Position numbers and translations under genes: made by a program. A stretch of 59,000 nucleotides of DNA, counting the filler, from Sphacelaria rigidula (Eukaryota): the NCBI GenBank assembly GCA_964200075.2. It is 5 parts of 5 records of this genome, joined end to end, with 100 filler letters (N's around TTAATTAATTAA, not from the genome) between each part and the next. Parts side by side here need not be neighbours in the genome. Positions count along the whole stretch, not along the records: positions 11,823 to 23,543 come from CAXNAA020004591.1; positions 23,644 to 35,363 come from CAXNAA020004592.1; 3 more parts are not named here. One strand, 5' to 3'. Positions 12,425-24,445 of the stretch are shown here, piece after piece. The notes under the pieces are model-generated. The model ran no database searches. It saw nothing but the letters and a program-made list of their open reading frames with translations, and had not been told where the DNA came from. Each line of letters starts with the position of its first letter. Position 1 is the stretch's first letter.

Positions 12425-15400
12425 GTGAGAAGAGAGGAGGGGCAATATATTAAATGTAGTTAGCCCTCTGTTTATTTTCTCTTCTTGTCTCTTATCGCGA
12501 TCGCATGCTGATTTCGGAACAGCTTTATTTTGGGCCTTGTTCTTGCACGTCGTTTGAGTTTTTGCCTCCCGAATAATGACCCGGACATCGCAAACGGTAT
12601 TGACGAAATTTTTTCAAGAAAGGCACTAGCAATAACGCCTTCAAGCTCCACGCCTATGATGTACACCGAATCCGTGGCGTTGAGTTGTCATGCACATCGC
12701 GGAGAATCATGTCGCCCTGTGGGTTTATCCACCTGAAGTATTGATCCCGTACGTGATTGGCACACCATACTCGATGCATGTCTTCCGGAACGTGCTCTCC
12801 TCTTCCCTCCTCTCCTTTCCTGTCAGGGCGAGAAGGACCTGCTGGTGGCACTGTCGGAGCTCACGATCCTCACGGCTTCGCGATGCCTGCACGGCGATGA
12901 TGTGCGTGAAGAGCTGTTTGATGAAGTGGCGCGTCTGTTCCACGACATGGATGAGGGCATTACTCCTCTTTCGGTGTTCATGCCCTACGCGCCGCTGCGC
13001 AAGCATTTCAAGCGCGACAAGGTGAAGCAGCTGTTATGGGGCGTGTGAGGTGACTGTGCTGGCTATTTTTTGATGATCCGGATGAAGAGTGCAGTGCAAT
13101 GGGAGTGGAGTGGTCGTGTTTGCATTGTGTGTTTGTGCGGCCTCACTTGCAATCCGCCTGTGCAATATTGAGGTTTGGCGTTACAGCGTAATCAATTCAC
13201 TGCTGGTGGCAGTGATGGTTGTCATACTGTGTGGGTTTTGGTCAATAATAACGCGGTGATAGTTTATGCAGCAGTACCAATAGCAGTAGCAGTAGCAGTA
13301 GCAGTAGCAGTACCACAAGTAGCAGTAGACCTAAAGCTTTGGTCGCATATCTACGGTTGACGACACAACTACTTGATTTTAGAATTGACAAAGATGTGAG
13401 AAAACTCATGGTTAGGGGCAGGTGAGCAATGGACCCAGCTCGTCCAGAACATGTTTTTGTCGACATCGGCGCCTGCGGCGTCGATTTCAGGTCTGCCAAC
13501 ACACTTCACCTGGGGGAACCTATGCAACCCCCTTGCCCGCGGGTCTCGTACGTAACGCCTGGGGTCGGGGTCGAGACTTGGGTTAGCGTTAGCATTGGCG
13601 TTCCTTCGTTAAAAAAAATCAACCATAGATATACGACCAAATCTTGAAGTCGCCTCAATTGTAGTACCAGTAGTGGTGATGGTTGTTGCTGCTGTATCAG
13701 GTGCTGGGCATGTTCTCTAGTTACACGGAGACGTTTTTCTAAACGCTACTCGCCGTCGTTCATTTTTCTTCTGCCGTGGGATCGATAATGAAGGCGCGAC
13801 GCGAGATGGTGACCCTCATGTCTGGCGTCATCAAGAAGCGGAGGGCGGAGCAGGCCACGGGAACGTCCACCGTTGAGAAGACTGACCTGCTCCAGGTGGG
13901 GGATGCGTGTGGTCGTAGCTGTCAGCCGTAAGCACACGCCCTCCGACGCGTCGGACGTTGTGGTTACAACCTTCTGTCGAGTTTCAGGCGAAGCGGCACT
14001 CTGTCGTGTTCAACAGTATCTCGCCGTGCAAGCTTGTCGGCTTTGCTGACAGCGTCTGTATTGGCCATGCCGTGATTTCATAGGGTTCTATTTCGAAGGT
14101 GGTACCGAATTTTCTCATAGCCGTTGCCTTCAATTTGAAAGTCTTGCTTGTGTGTGATGCTGGCAACACGACGAAATGAATCAAGTCCGAGGAGTTTTCA
14201 TCCAGTTCGTTCTTGAGCCGCGACTCATGTTATGGGCGTTATTTGCGAGGAGCATTTGATCACGCCGTATCTCATTAAAGAAAAAAATCAAGAATATTAC
14301 TGCGGTGAAGAATGAAAATGAATAAAAATCAGATCTGATTGGTCGCCATTCCAACGTGAACGACGTTGATATAAATGACGACCTGTCCTTACCTATCCGA
14401 TTTTTTTTTTTTTTTTACGATGCATTTTGTCGATGAAGAAGTATGTTGATAGAAGACACGCCCTCACTCATGAGTCGAGTCACGACGCGAAATAGTCTCG
14501 TGCATGGATCAAGTTCAGTCAGAGTACGGGTAGTGAACGTTCGGCCACCCTGTCGCCCTCCTCGTGCGCGAAGGTGTTCGTGGACATGAAGTACAAGGAT
14601 GGAAGCACGAACACCGACGATCAGGTCACTGGCATGCTTATCGCGCTTCTCTTTGCAGGCCAGCACACCTCGTCCATCACTTCCACCTGGTCGACCATGC
14701 TGGCATCAAGGTATGATCACAAAGAGTAAAAAAATAGTGCTTGTACTGCTTGGCTAAGAACATTGTGCTGTGCTGTACTGTTCTTAGTAGAACTGGGCTG
14801 AACTGAACCGAACGGAATGGGCCGGACCGGGCCGGACTGGACCGGATCTCGCTACTCTACTCTACTCCGCGTTCTACTGAGATTACCAGTACAGCTGTCT
14901 CTCCTCCTCCTTCAACGACCATTCATGCAATATTTGAAATCCGACTCTTTATAATCTGACGCAGAATCCAAAAGCTGACTGTGGCATATTCAGACGATCC
15001 GTCCCGATCTGGAAATGTCAGCTCGGTACGTGTTGTACGTCGTTCCATTTCCCTCCGTTAAACCCCCATATATTTTCTTATACAGATACACATGCATTAC
15101 TCTGAACTTTGAACTTGATCATGTCATTGTGTTTGTAGTACTGTACGCGTATTGGGGTACTCTTCGTGATGGTTAGCTCTTGGATATATTTGCCTGCCTC
15201 CCTGTACATTCGTCGCCGATCCTCAGGGACCCTGCGCTGCTTTCCCGCCTTCTGGAGGAGCAACGGTCTGTGCTGGGTGATGACCCCAACACGCCCCTCA
15301 CGTGGGAGCACCTAGGAGAGATGGAGCTGCTACACAACTGCATGCGTGAAACCCTCCGCATGTACCCGCCCCTGGTACGTTGCAAGTCGGATTTGGTATT

Positions 15401-18400
15401 TTGTGTTGGTTTCCACTGTGCCATTCCCGTTCGATGACATGAACGCGGTATCTGTGAAGGTTCTGCCCCTAGACACATCCTACCTGGTATCTGATGATGC
15501 TGAAACTTTCAGTATACGTTGCTTGATGCTGCAGGTGGGTGTTGGAGCCACAGATTCGATGGCGTAAGGCGCCCAGGGCGCTGCGTGCATTGGAACCGGT
15601 AGTTATCAGCAGGGCGTCCCGAATTGTTTTTTCATACACTTTATTGAGTTTCGGAACAAGAAACCGGCCGGAAAAACTCAGGGTTAGGGTTCAGAAATTG
15701 GAATATAAGGCCAGGGTATGACGAATCCCCTTAGTTGAACCCCGAAAACTGAACCCTAAGAAGAGACGTGCGCAGCAGCAACTCAGGATTTTTTTTTAAA
15801 TTTCAAATAAACCCTGAGTTGCTAGACACACACCCTAAAGCGTTGGTGCCCAACTCAGAGTTAGGAAACGGAACTAGACACCCTGCCCCATAATGACCAA
15901 GGTTACAGAACACAGCTGTAGGACATATATCGTGAGTGGGGCGATGGCGGATGCCGTGAACGCCCGCGACAGCGCTGGTGATGGCAGCTCGTTCATGAGG
16001 GTGATCCAAGACTACGAGGAAGACTTGGAGGCGAACGGGGGAGCCGAGACACCAGTCGACCTGGCTTTTGATGAGAAAGGTCGGGGGTCGGCCGCTCAAG
16101 CAGCCCCTACGAGGACTTGACAAAGTGGCCACCCAACGTGAAGCTTGCGTTAGCTCGCGCAGGTACACCACCGTTGGGCGGCCATTTTGTCGAAGTCCTC
16201 GTCGCGGCTGCATGAGAGGCCGCGACGGTGTTTCTGTTCCCCCATTCGCCCCCACGCAGCTAGGATTACTGCGTAGTGAACCTTTGTGGAGAATGAATGC
16301 CCTTTCTCAAAATATGCACACGCATACACACAGGCATGTGCACGCTTGTACTTCATACAGTACAGTACAAAACACTTACTACAGACAGTATACATAACTG
16401 TCTACAGACAGAGCAGCAACACAACTCCCAACTCTCACAACTGATACTAGTGCTGTACCACACACCGACAGGTGCAGAACTTGTGGATGACTAGCGGGCG
16501 CCGAGGTGCACTGCCTGTGTGCCCAACACTGTGTACTGCGCCGGGCTTTTACCTGGAGGCTCTGTTGACCATAATGCTGTCGCGTTTTCAGCGGTACGGG
16601 GACAGCACAAACAACGACAGTCAAGCTACGATGGGACGTGGGTCATTTTTGGCCATTACTTCCACGAAATTTAACTTCGAATCATCGTTGAAAGCAGCAA
16701 CGATCGTCCGATAAAAAACGCCCATTCATACTGTTCGACGCCGTTTTACCCGAATACAAGCGCACAGCGAGCGAGTGTCAAGGTATCCGAAACACCCATG
16801 GATCCTTTTTTCCTGGAATCAAACACCCAACCTATCGTAGCACGGCTCTGTACATGCTCTTGCGCGCTGTACGGGTAGCACCGCATAGGTGGGCGCAGAG
16901 TACAAACGCAGAACAGCACGGCGCGACTTTCACCCCTTCAACCCATGACACCGACCACGTGGCATGCGGAACAGAAGATACGACACCCTGAAAAGATGGC
17001 ACGGTCTACACCTATCTGGTGAAAAAGAACCGGGGTTCATGCGTAAACAATCCATCCGTTTTTTGCTTATCCCTGAGTTGAGTTGTTTTCCCTCCCGAAA
17101 CTGTCTACTGTGGCGAAAATATAGGGGGTATAATAGAAAACCGGTACGGAGGCAGCACCAAACCTTGCCAGCTGCCTCGTCAAACTTTGCGCGTTCATGG
17201 GTGAACGATCGAAGTAACACAGGTAACAAGTATGTTGCAGGCTTAACCGGACTGAGATTGCTGGGGTTTTTTTTTCCACGCCATCTCGCGTGAGAGCTTG
17301 CGGAGTAGCTATCTTGGTGCGAATTGTATCTCCTGCCAAGAACCGCCGAACAGCCACCTGGGCAAGGAGCAAGGTCTCGTTTCGCAGACAGCGTTAGAGT
17401 TGGCGGAGAATACGTCATGGCAGTCGGACAGACACCAATAGTGGTCGCTGCTGTATTCCGCTACCAGTATCAACTCTGAGTCAGGATGTGGCGGGCTCTT
17501 GGGGAAAAAATTTGGAGGTCCGCCAGCTTTGACTTGGCCGAGATCTTGCGGACGTTCTCACCGTCTTTGTTTCACACTGCGACGCATGCTACAGATTATG
17601 GTCGAGCGCAACAAACAAGTTTACATTACCGCGGAGTACAGTGCGACTGCCTACAGATGGTCCCCCTAAACTCTGAGCACATACCGTGCGGCATCTTATC
17701 ATCAACATGTGACTATAGATTGGCAGTTCTTGAATTGCAACCGCGTACCATCTACGCGGTGACACCTCTTTTTCACCCAGCGGATATCCTAGTCCTTGTG
17801 GACTGCCTGTAGCGCGAGCTCTCCCTGCTGATGCGGTCACCTCTTCTCCCAGGCAGTTTTCCTCTACAGGAAGAACACTGTGGAAAATAACCATTGCAGT
17901 GTATTTACCTGACTGTCGGTATGCAAGGCGAATATGACGAGGACAAGGACGCTTCCCCACCCCAACACTGAACAATATCTCAAAGGCTCACAGCAAAATA
18001 AGAAAAAAAAGAAAGCACACAACACAAAAANNNNNNNNNNACGGTGCTCCGTCTCGAAAGGGATGCGTGGTCAATGGTCGAACGACTAAGGCAAGCAACA
18101 AATGAGTACGCGCCCCCCCCAACTTCCGGGTATATCCCCTACAGAAAATAACCTTGCACACCCTGGACAATACAATGTGTTTCCAATATATATTAGTCGA
18201 TCATATTGGAATTTTGCGATATATTGCTGGTGTAATATATATTGGTACGCTTAGACTGCACATGTATTGCGCGCCCATTATATATTGATGTCGTGGGACT
18301 GCATACATATTGCCCGCCCAATATATATTGGTACTAATGGGTTGAACACATACTGTCCCATCAATATGTATTGGGTCTGCGTGGGTGACAATGTATTGGC

Positions 18401-20773
18401 CGGTCAATATATATTAGATATTATGAGTATCGTGTACGCTCTAGGAGAGATCCAGACGCGATGGAGGCTGGAGCCCGTGCAGATTGGGAAAAGCTTTGAA
18501 GCGAGCCGCAAAAGTTCGCGTGCATTACTGTGGAAAGTTGTCGAATGCGTTAGATGTAAATATGTATGTATACTGGTTAGAAAATATGGTGACAGAAGAG
18601 GCGACCCGGTATATATGCCTCCTGGTACCTATCTGGTCACCGGTGCGAGGCCACCCATCCCCTTTCCAGCATGTAATATAAATATCCTAAACATCACGAC
18701 GACAGAAAACGCAGGTCGATATGCGCCTTTTGGTACCCCTGTGGTCACAGGGGCTGTGTTGCTTATACCCTGGACAATATAATATGATCCAATGATATCA
18801 ATACTTTGTATTGGAGCCAGCGCAAGTATTGTCCTTTCAATATATTTTGTGTTGAGGTGTCCTCGGAGATATTGAAGCAACAATATATATTGCTCGTGTG
18901 ATGATCATGAAGTAATGTATGTCAATATATATTGGACATGCAGTTGCTCCGAGAATAAAACATTCAGTATATATTGTCCATGCCGGCCGTGTATGTATTG
19001 AAGTGTCAATATATATTGAGTCGAGGCGATGCGTAGCATATTGTTACCATGATATATATATTGAACGCAAACCATGCAGAAGTATTGTTTTTCCAATATA
19101 TATTGCGCACGCTGATCGGATAGCTATTGTGCAGCCAATATATGTTGAACACGCTTGCGGAGGAATACAATGTGCATTTTCGGCATGTAAGATACGCCTT
19201 TGAATGGCGCCCGCGAACAAAGATTTGCCCACAATACTAATTCCAATACACTTTCCAATCTATATGTTGAAAATCAATATATTTTGCTACATCAACATGT
19301 GTTGTGACCGTCGGTTCCCTCGTGTATTGTCCACCCAATATATATTGGACGCATTGACGCACGACATATTGGGGCGGCAATATATATTGGCGCTTCGGGT
19401 GTCGAGTATATTGAATCGTCAATATATATTGACCTCGGGTGGCAGCAAATATATTACTCGATAAATATACATTGGTGCCTTCTCGTACCAACATATTACT
19501 CGGCCAATGTATATTGAGGTGGCGCGTGTCGTGATATACTGTTCGGTCGATATATATTGCTTGTCGCGAGCCTTGATACATTGATGGCACAATATATACT
19601 GACCCTCTCTCGTGTCATCATATTGCTCGCCCAATATATATCGACCACCCGACGCCTCGATATATTGAGCGGGCAATATATATTACATATTGTATTGCCC
19701 AGGGTGTGTAACCTTGCAAAGTATGACTCCGTGGTTGACGAGGGCACAAGACCGATGAACCCCTTTCGCGATAGAAATAAGACAAGCACCTCCTGTGTGA
19801 CCCCGGCTGATGCGTCCATTTATCCATCTTTCAAGTTACTCCTGGTAGTTTTATGTGACGTCAGCATTCGCTCCCTGCCATCGTGCGTTCTATTCCATCA
19901 ATATCAGTTGATTCAGCCGTAACATGGGACTGTGCTTTATATATGTAGTCATCTCTTGATGCGATTCGCGCCGGCTGCTTGGTACCCCAGGTACTTCTAC
20001 TGCGCATGGCGAAGAAGGACTTCACGGTAACGAGTAAGGGGCGGAGCTTCACCGTTCCCAAGGGCCACTACGTCGGCGCATCCCCCTACGCATCCATGCG
20101 TCTTGAAGACACATTCCCGCAACCCACAAAGGTGCAGTATGCCGCGCCGACGTTCGAGTGATGCTACGGTAGGGGTGCACAAATATTTTCTGAGGTTGGA
20201 ATCGTGCGAAGCCCTTCATGTTCTCCAAAACACGACTTATGAAATATGTGAGAGTACGCCAGGATTATTCTTCCAATGCGCTAGAGATATCCGGAATGAA
20301 TATGCAAACGGGGATGCCCTGACCCATATCCTTGTGCATCTAGAATCGTTTGGGAGCTCCTGAACCAGACAAGATTTCGCGTAAAACGTGCACCCCTACC
20401 GTAGCATCGCTCGTTCAACGTTTCTTGACATGAAATTGGATGGGGTTGTGGTCATGTGTTTCGCCGAACTCCGAGAAAATATTTGGACACCCGCACATAA
20501 TTGAGCATGCCAACACCATGAGGGCATTAAAACAGTCATTCGTGTGCACATAAGAAAATCAGGAACGTAACCTAACGCAAGAGCACAGGATATATAGCCA
20601 GGGTATCTGTCCCTTCTGTCGCGGCATTCCGTGTTATTGTCGCTCCCGTTGCGATTTATTTTTTGGTAAGTTTTTTGTTCGCGTTTGTGCTTTGTTTACT
20701 TAACTTCTTGTCTCATTATTTTTGTGTTTCAGCTGTCACCTTGATTCTGGAGGGAATTATGTAGCTTCTCGTG

Positions 20774-20811
<38 letters not shown>

Positions 20812-21997
20812 GCAAGAATTCATCACGACGACCACGCAAGAATGTCACCATGATGACAATGGTGTACAGGAGCAGAAATGGTGTTGTTCCAAAGTCGACG
20901 CCGTCCTCTATTGCACCATATATATATATATATATATATATATACGCACCTCAATCATCGTTGCTTCTCGTGTGTGTTTGTGTGTGCATGTATTTTTATT
21001 CGTATCGTTTGACATGTAACCTCGATAAAATCCGTTTCAGTTCGACCCTGACCGCTTCGGACCGGGAAGAGAGGAGCACAAGCAGCCCTTCGCCTTTGTG
21101 GGCTTCGGCGCGGGAATGCACCAATGCATGGGGCAGCAGTTTGCCTTCGTCCAGGTACATGCCGTCCTTGCGTCTCGCCTGAACGATGCGGCTGGGTGTG
21201 TTGTGGTGATGCGCACGTGCCCAGTACATGAACCCACCCTCGTGAAAATCCGTGTCAGGCGGCTTTTGGTCACCCGAGGGACACCGCCTGGAGATACGGT
21301 ACGCTCCGAAAAAGTGTTCTTCTGCGGTGGTTGTTTGAGCGTTCCCGGGACCCCAAAGCTTCCGTATATCCTTTTTTCCGCTGCTGCCGCCAACCATGAC
21401 CCTCATGGGATGGAGGGATCACCTGGCGGTAGTTTGTACTGACTGTATATACCGTGTTTCTCTTAATTTGCGCGCTGAAGCAGACGCGCCAGTATCATGA
21501 ACGAACGGTATTGGACAAGTTAGCATTCTGAATCGTGTACGAGCAGTTTGAAGCTGTTCCACAGGCAGTAAGTACCGTTCGGTCGTCGACCATCCGCGCC
21601 TATCGCGATGGCGTGTTTTTTCTCTTGTGTAGTCGCTACTTTTCATTGTCCAACTCAGGCAAGTCACACAATTTTTTGCACCTCTGGTGAAGACCTCACT
21701 TCTCCTTGGAAGTCCCTGTTAGTAGCTTTGAACTTCCCCCTGCAAATGTATCGAGTCACATGAGCCTACCCCGAATCCTTCAAAAGACTGTATAAACATT
21801 GCGTCCCCTTCCTCTGACCTCGCGCACCCAACTGCCTTTGGGTGCTTGGTACAATTCGACAGGTGAAGACCATACTATCCGTTCTCCTGCGGGAGTTTGA
21901 GTTCGAGATGATCGGTGATTTGCCCGAGCCTAATTTCGAGGCCCTGGTGGTGGGTCCCCAAGGGAATTGTACCGTTCGTTACACGAAGCGAGCGTGA
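12221..21997 (+). CDS. CYP51: Sterol 14-alpha-demethylase (cytochrome P450 family 51), 5'-partial; eight exons 12221-12424, 12827-13021, 13794-13895, 14574-14710, 15227-15374, 19991-20131, 21041-21154, 21863-21997
   Basis: All introns are GT-AG with consistent phases and there are no stops. CYP51 signatures: EVY..T.PVFGQDVVY, LTILTASRCLHG, I-helix ALLFAGQHTSS, K-helix ETLRMYPP, FDPDRF, haem motif FGAGMHQCMG. The N-terminal exons lie beyond the contig start. Confidence 0.95.
12827..13021 (+). CDS. CYP51: CYP51 exon
   Basis: tcag|GGC...AAG|gtgaag; GEKDLLVALSELTILTASRCLHGDDVREELFDEVARLFHDMDEGITPLSVFMPYAPLRKHFKRDK. Confidence 0.92.
13794..13895 (+). CDS. CYP51: CYP51 exon
   Basis: aag|GCG...CAG|gtgggg; ARREMVTLMSGVIKKRRAEQATGTSTVEKTDLLQ. 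Confidence 0.88.
14574..14710 (+). CDS. CYP51: CYP51 exon (I helix)
   Basis: aag|GTG...AG|gtatga; VFVDMKYKDGSTNTDDQVTGMLIALLFAGQHTSSITSTWSTMLAS. Confidence 0.93.
15227..15374 (+). CDS. CYP51: CYP51 exon (J/K helices, ExxR motif)
   Basis: tcag|G GAC...CTG|gtacgt; DPALLSRLLEEQRSVLGDDPNTPLTWEHLGEMELLHNCMRETLRMYPPL. Confidence 0.93.
18041..18120 (+). mobile_element. 3' end of a LINE-like non-LTR retrotransposon, intronic
   Basis: ACGGTGCTCCGTCTCGAAAGGGATGCGTGGTCAATGGTCGAACGACTAAGGCAAGCAACAAATGAGTACG followed by a C-run. The same sequence occurs reversed at 35311-35363, 47283-47345 and 47820-47970. Confidence 0.7.
18157..19708. mobile_element. Non-autonomous DNA transposon (hAT/P-type 8-bp TSD) in a CYP51 intron, filled with ATATATTG/CAATATAT subrepeats
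   Basis: TIRs CACACCCTGGACAATACAAT ... ATTGTATTGCCCAGGGTGTG. Perfect 8-bp direct repeat TAACCTTG at 18149-18156 and 19709-19716. A second internal left-end copy sits near 18765. Confidence 0.88.
19717..19815 (+). mobile_element. Internal fragment of the SINE family
   Basis: GACGAGGG..GAACCCCTTTCGCGATAGAAAT..CAAGCACC..CCTGTGTGACCCCGGCTGATGCG matches 2745-2885. Confidence 0.6.
19991..20131 (+). CDS. CYP51: CYP51 exon
   Basis: ccag|GTA...AAG|gtgcag; VLLLRMAKKDFTVTSKGRSFTVPKGHYVGASPYASMRLEDTFPQPTK. Confidence 0.92.
20156..20412. mobile_element. MITE with ~25-bp TIRs, GAG termini and a 4-bp TSD (Sola-like)
   Basis: GAGTGATGCTACGGTAGGGGTGCAC ... GTGCACCCCTACCGTAGCATCGCTC, flanked by GTTC on both sides. 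Second copy at 48760-49054. Confidence 0.85.
20776..20944. repeat. Two (TA)n microsatellites
   Basis: TA runs at ~20776-20807 and ~20919-20944. Confidence 0.9.
21041..21154 (+). CDS. CYP51: CYP51 exon (PERF-like and haem-binding motifs)
   Basis: tcag|TTC...CAG|gtacat; FDPDRFGPGREEHKQPFAFVGFGAGMHQCMGQQFAFVQ. Confidence 0.94.
21863..21997 (+). CDS. CYP51: CYP51 terminal exon
   Basis: acag|GTG...TGA; VKTILSVLLREFEFEMIGDLPEPNFEALVVGPQGNCTVRYTKRA*. Confidence 0.92.
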   Translation: MKTILSVLLREFEFEMIGDLPEPNFEALVVGPQGNCTVRYTKRA

Positions 21998-24014
21998 TCG
22001 TTCTCTGGGGAACGTGCCTGTACCGTTCCTGTACTCTTTACGGTGGTGGAATGCGACATGCAGTAACGCAGGCCGCGAGCCGCGTACACTTGTACTGTGG
22101 CCGCAAGTCGTGCGTGTGGGGTAAACGACTACTGCATGTGGTGGTGTACGTTTGGCCAGCTGCCGGGGTGCCTGGAATGAAGCTTGGCAAGCATACAAGC
22201 CTATGTGAAGAGTTGACGAGTGTGCAGCTCAAACTGCTCATATCCGGATCGGTTTCCGACAACTGGATAGCTTTGTGCTAGATTGCCGTGAACGTGGACG
22301 ACATATTTTACTCCGGAGTATTGGTTTTCGAGACACTCCCAGCGTTCGACGGGAGTCGCAGCTAGCGCCGAGGGCTTTTGCTTGATGGAACAGTCCATCA
22401 GTGTGCGTGGTGTGTGTGTGTGCGTGGTGTCGGTATGTAAGTGGGCGCGTCCATTCGACGTGAGAATGTGTGGGGGGCGTTCAACGTTGCCAAAAAAGTA
22501 GTGAGCGGGGGTGCTCCCCGACATTTTTACGACAATGTGGGTCAGGCGGCCTGTCTTGTGTGCGTTTTTTTTCATCACAGTACGAGTACTCGCCCTTGGT
22601 GGACCGGTGTCGTGGAAACCACTCGAAGTTCAGGCTTGAGCTGCGTACATGGGTGCATGTGGTTTGCGATGATGGAGTGTCTGGTGGGATGTGGGGTAAT
22701 GGTATGGCAACGTGCTTGCCAATGGGAGCAGATTATGTCTTGGGGCACGACCAACGGGTACAGCGTGGAGTCGTGTCGCGGACGCTTGCGCCCGATCTGC
22801 CCCGGCCCCGCGGTCTCCGTCCCAATGTAGCTGATTGATGCCTGCAGACCCGCTCTGCCTTGTATGACTGTATGAGTTACGTGTGCCGCGCAACCGAGAA
22901 CGGTGTGCAGTAGGTGCCGTTGTCGAGGCGGAAGCACGGATGGCCGCAGCAGCCAACTGGGCGAGGGAAGCAAAATATTCAAGATTCAATCAAGACATGA
23001 GACTTAGGCATGACTAGTGGTTGGATGATTTCGCAGAGCCGTCATCAATTTCCGGATTAAACTCCCGTTTATTCGTCGTTCTTTTGCCGGAGGTTGACGT
23101 GCGCGTTTTGCGCAGGGAGTCTGCCCCCTGTCCGTGAAAGGAGATCACGGGTATCATGGTAAAAACGTTTGTGAACAAAAGGATACCTTGACCCACGCTC
23201 AATCGGAACGTCGTGTTCGCAGAATATTCTTCGTCTCCACTCGAACGGTAGGATTGGTAGATACTGGCGGAAGAAACCAAGTGCGTGTTGCCGGAACAGT
23301 CCGGGGAGAAAAAGACTTTAATTGGGGTCCTGTTAACCGTAATTCGTCTGAAAACAGGGGGTTTCGGCTGTGTAGCGTAACGAATTGCTGGACTGTCGGA
23401 TAGGGCCGTCGTGTGATAATTCCGGTTCTCATCAAAACGACGCGCCTGTAACAGTGTTTTCGTGAGATTGAGAGTGGCTTTGATCATTCGCTTCAAGTGA
23501 GTGATATTTTTATTCCACGTGTGTGCTTTTCTTTACCTCCATCNNNNNNNNNNNNNNNNNNNNNNNNNNNNNNNNNNNNNNNNNNNNTTAATTAATTAAN
23601 NNNNNNNNNNNNNNNNNNNNNNNNNNNNNNNNNNNNNNNNNNNCCCCCCCCCCTATCGTAGGAAGACTCTTCGTTTTAGCTCATTGACGGCGAACAGCGC
23701 CACCGGCGATCTCTTAACTCCTGGATTCGACTCTAGGTGTCCGCATTCGCTCAGCCTTCTCAGCTTTCTTCCGCGCCTGCTCTTGATCGAGTGGTACCTC
23801 CCCTCCTCCCCCGCCGATGGTCCTATGACTACGGCATGCAAGATCGTGAGTACACCCCCGCCACCCTGCCCCCGCCTCACATCTAGACTCTTCGGTTGGC
23901 GTCGAGTTGCAATGGCGCTGTGAAACAAGCCACCAAAATTTAGGCGTACAAAATGTACAGTCTGTTCCCGTATGTATACCAAAGACTGCCACTAGACAAA
24001 AGAATTCCACGGGC

Positions 24015-24445
24015 ACCGTAGGTAAGGTAGGTACCCGGTACCGGTATTTGTGACATCTTATATACCCTACCGATACCGGTCCAATCGGATATTTTCAAAA
24101 CTCATACCTACCATACCTACCATACCTACCATACCTACCATACCACGGTATTTCGAGATCTCAGTACCTACCGTACCCCACGATCGGGGTTCTTCAAATG
24201 TAATACCTACGATAGATACCACGGTATTTAAAGATTTCAGTACTTACCGTACCCGCTCAATCGGGTATTTTCAAGACTCGTACCTACGATACCTACGACA
24301 TCACGGAATTTCGAACTTTCAATACCTACTGTGCCCGCTCAATCAGGTACTTTCAAGACTCATACCTACGATACTACGGTATTTTGATATTTCAATACCT
24401 ACCGTACCCGCTCAATTGGGTATTTTCAAAACTCATACCCACGAT
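24015..24445. repeat. Degenerate tandem array of ATACCTACC / TACCGTACCCGCTCAAT units, probably a transposon subterminal region
   Basis: An ATACCTACC run at ~24104-24145 and recurring ~60-nt units CTCATACCTACGATAC...GGTATTT. Confidence 0.7.

Noticed and set aside
21098..21135. Unusual CYP51 haem motif (GMHQC instead of GRHRC)
   Set aside because: The invariant FxxGxxxCxG is intact and these positions vary among P450s. It is not evidence of altered function.
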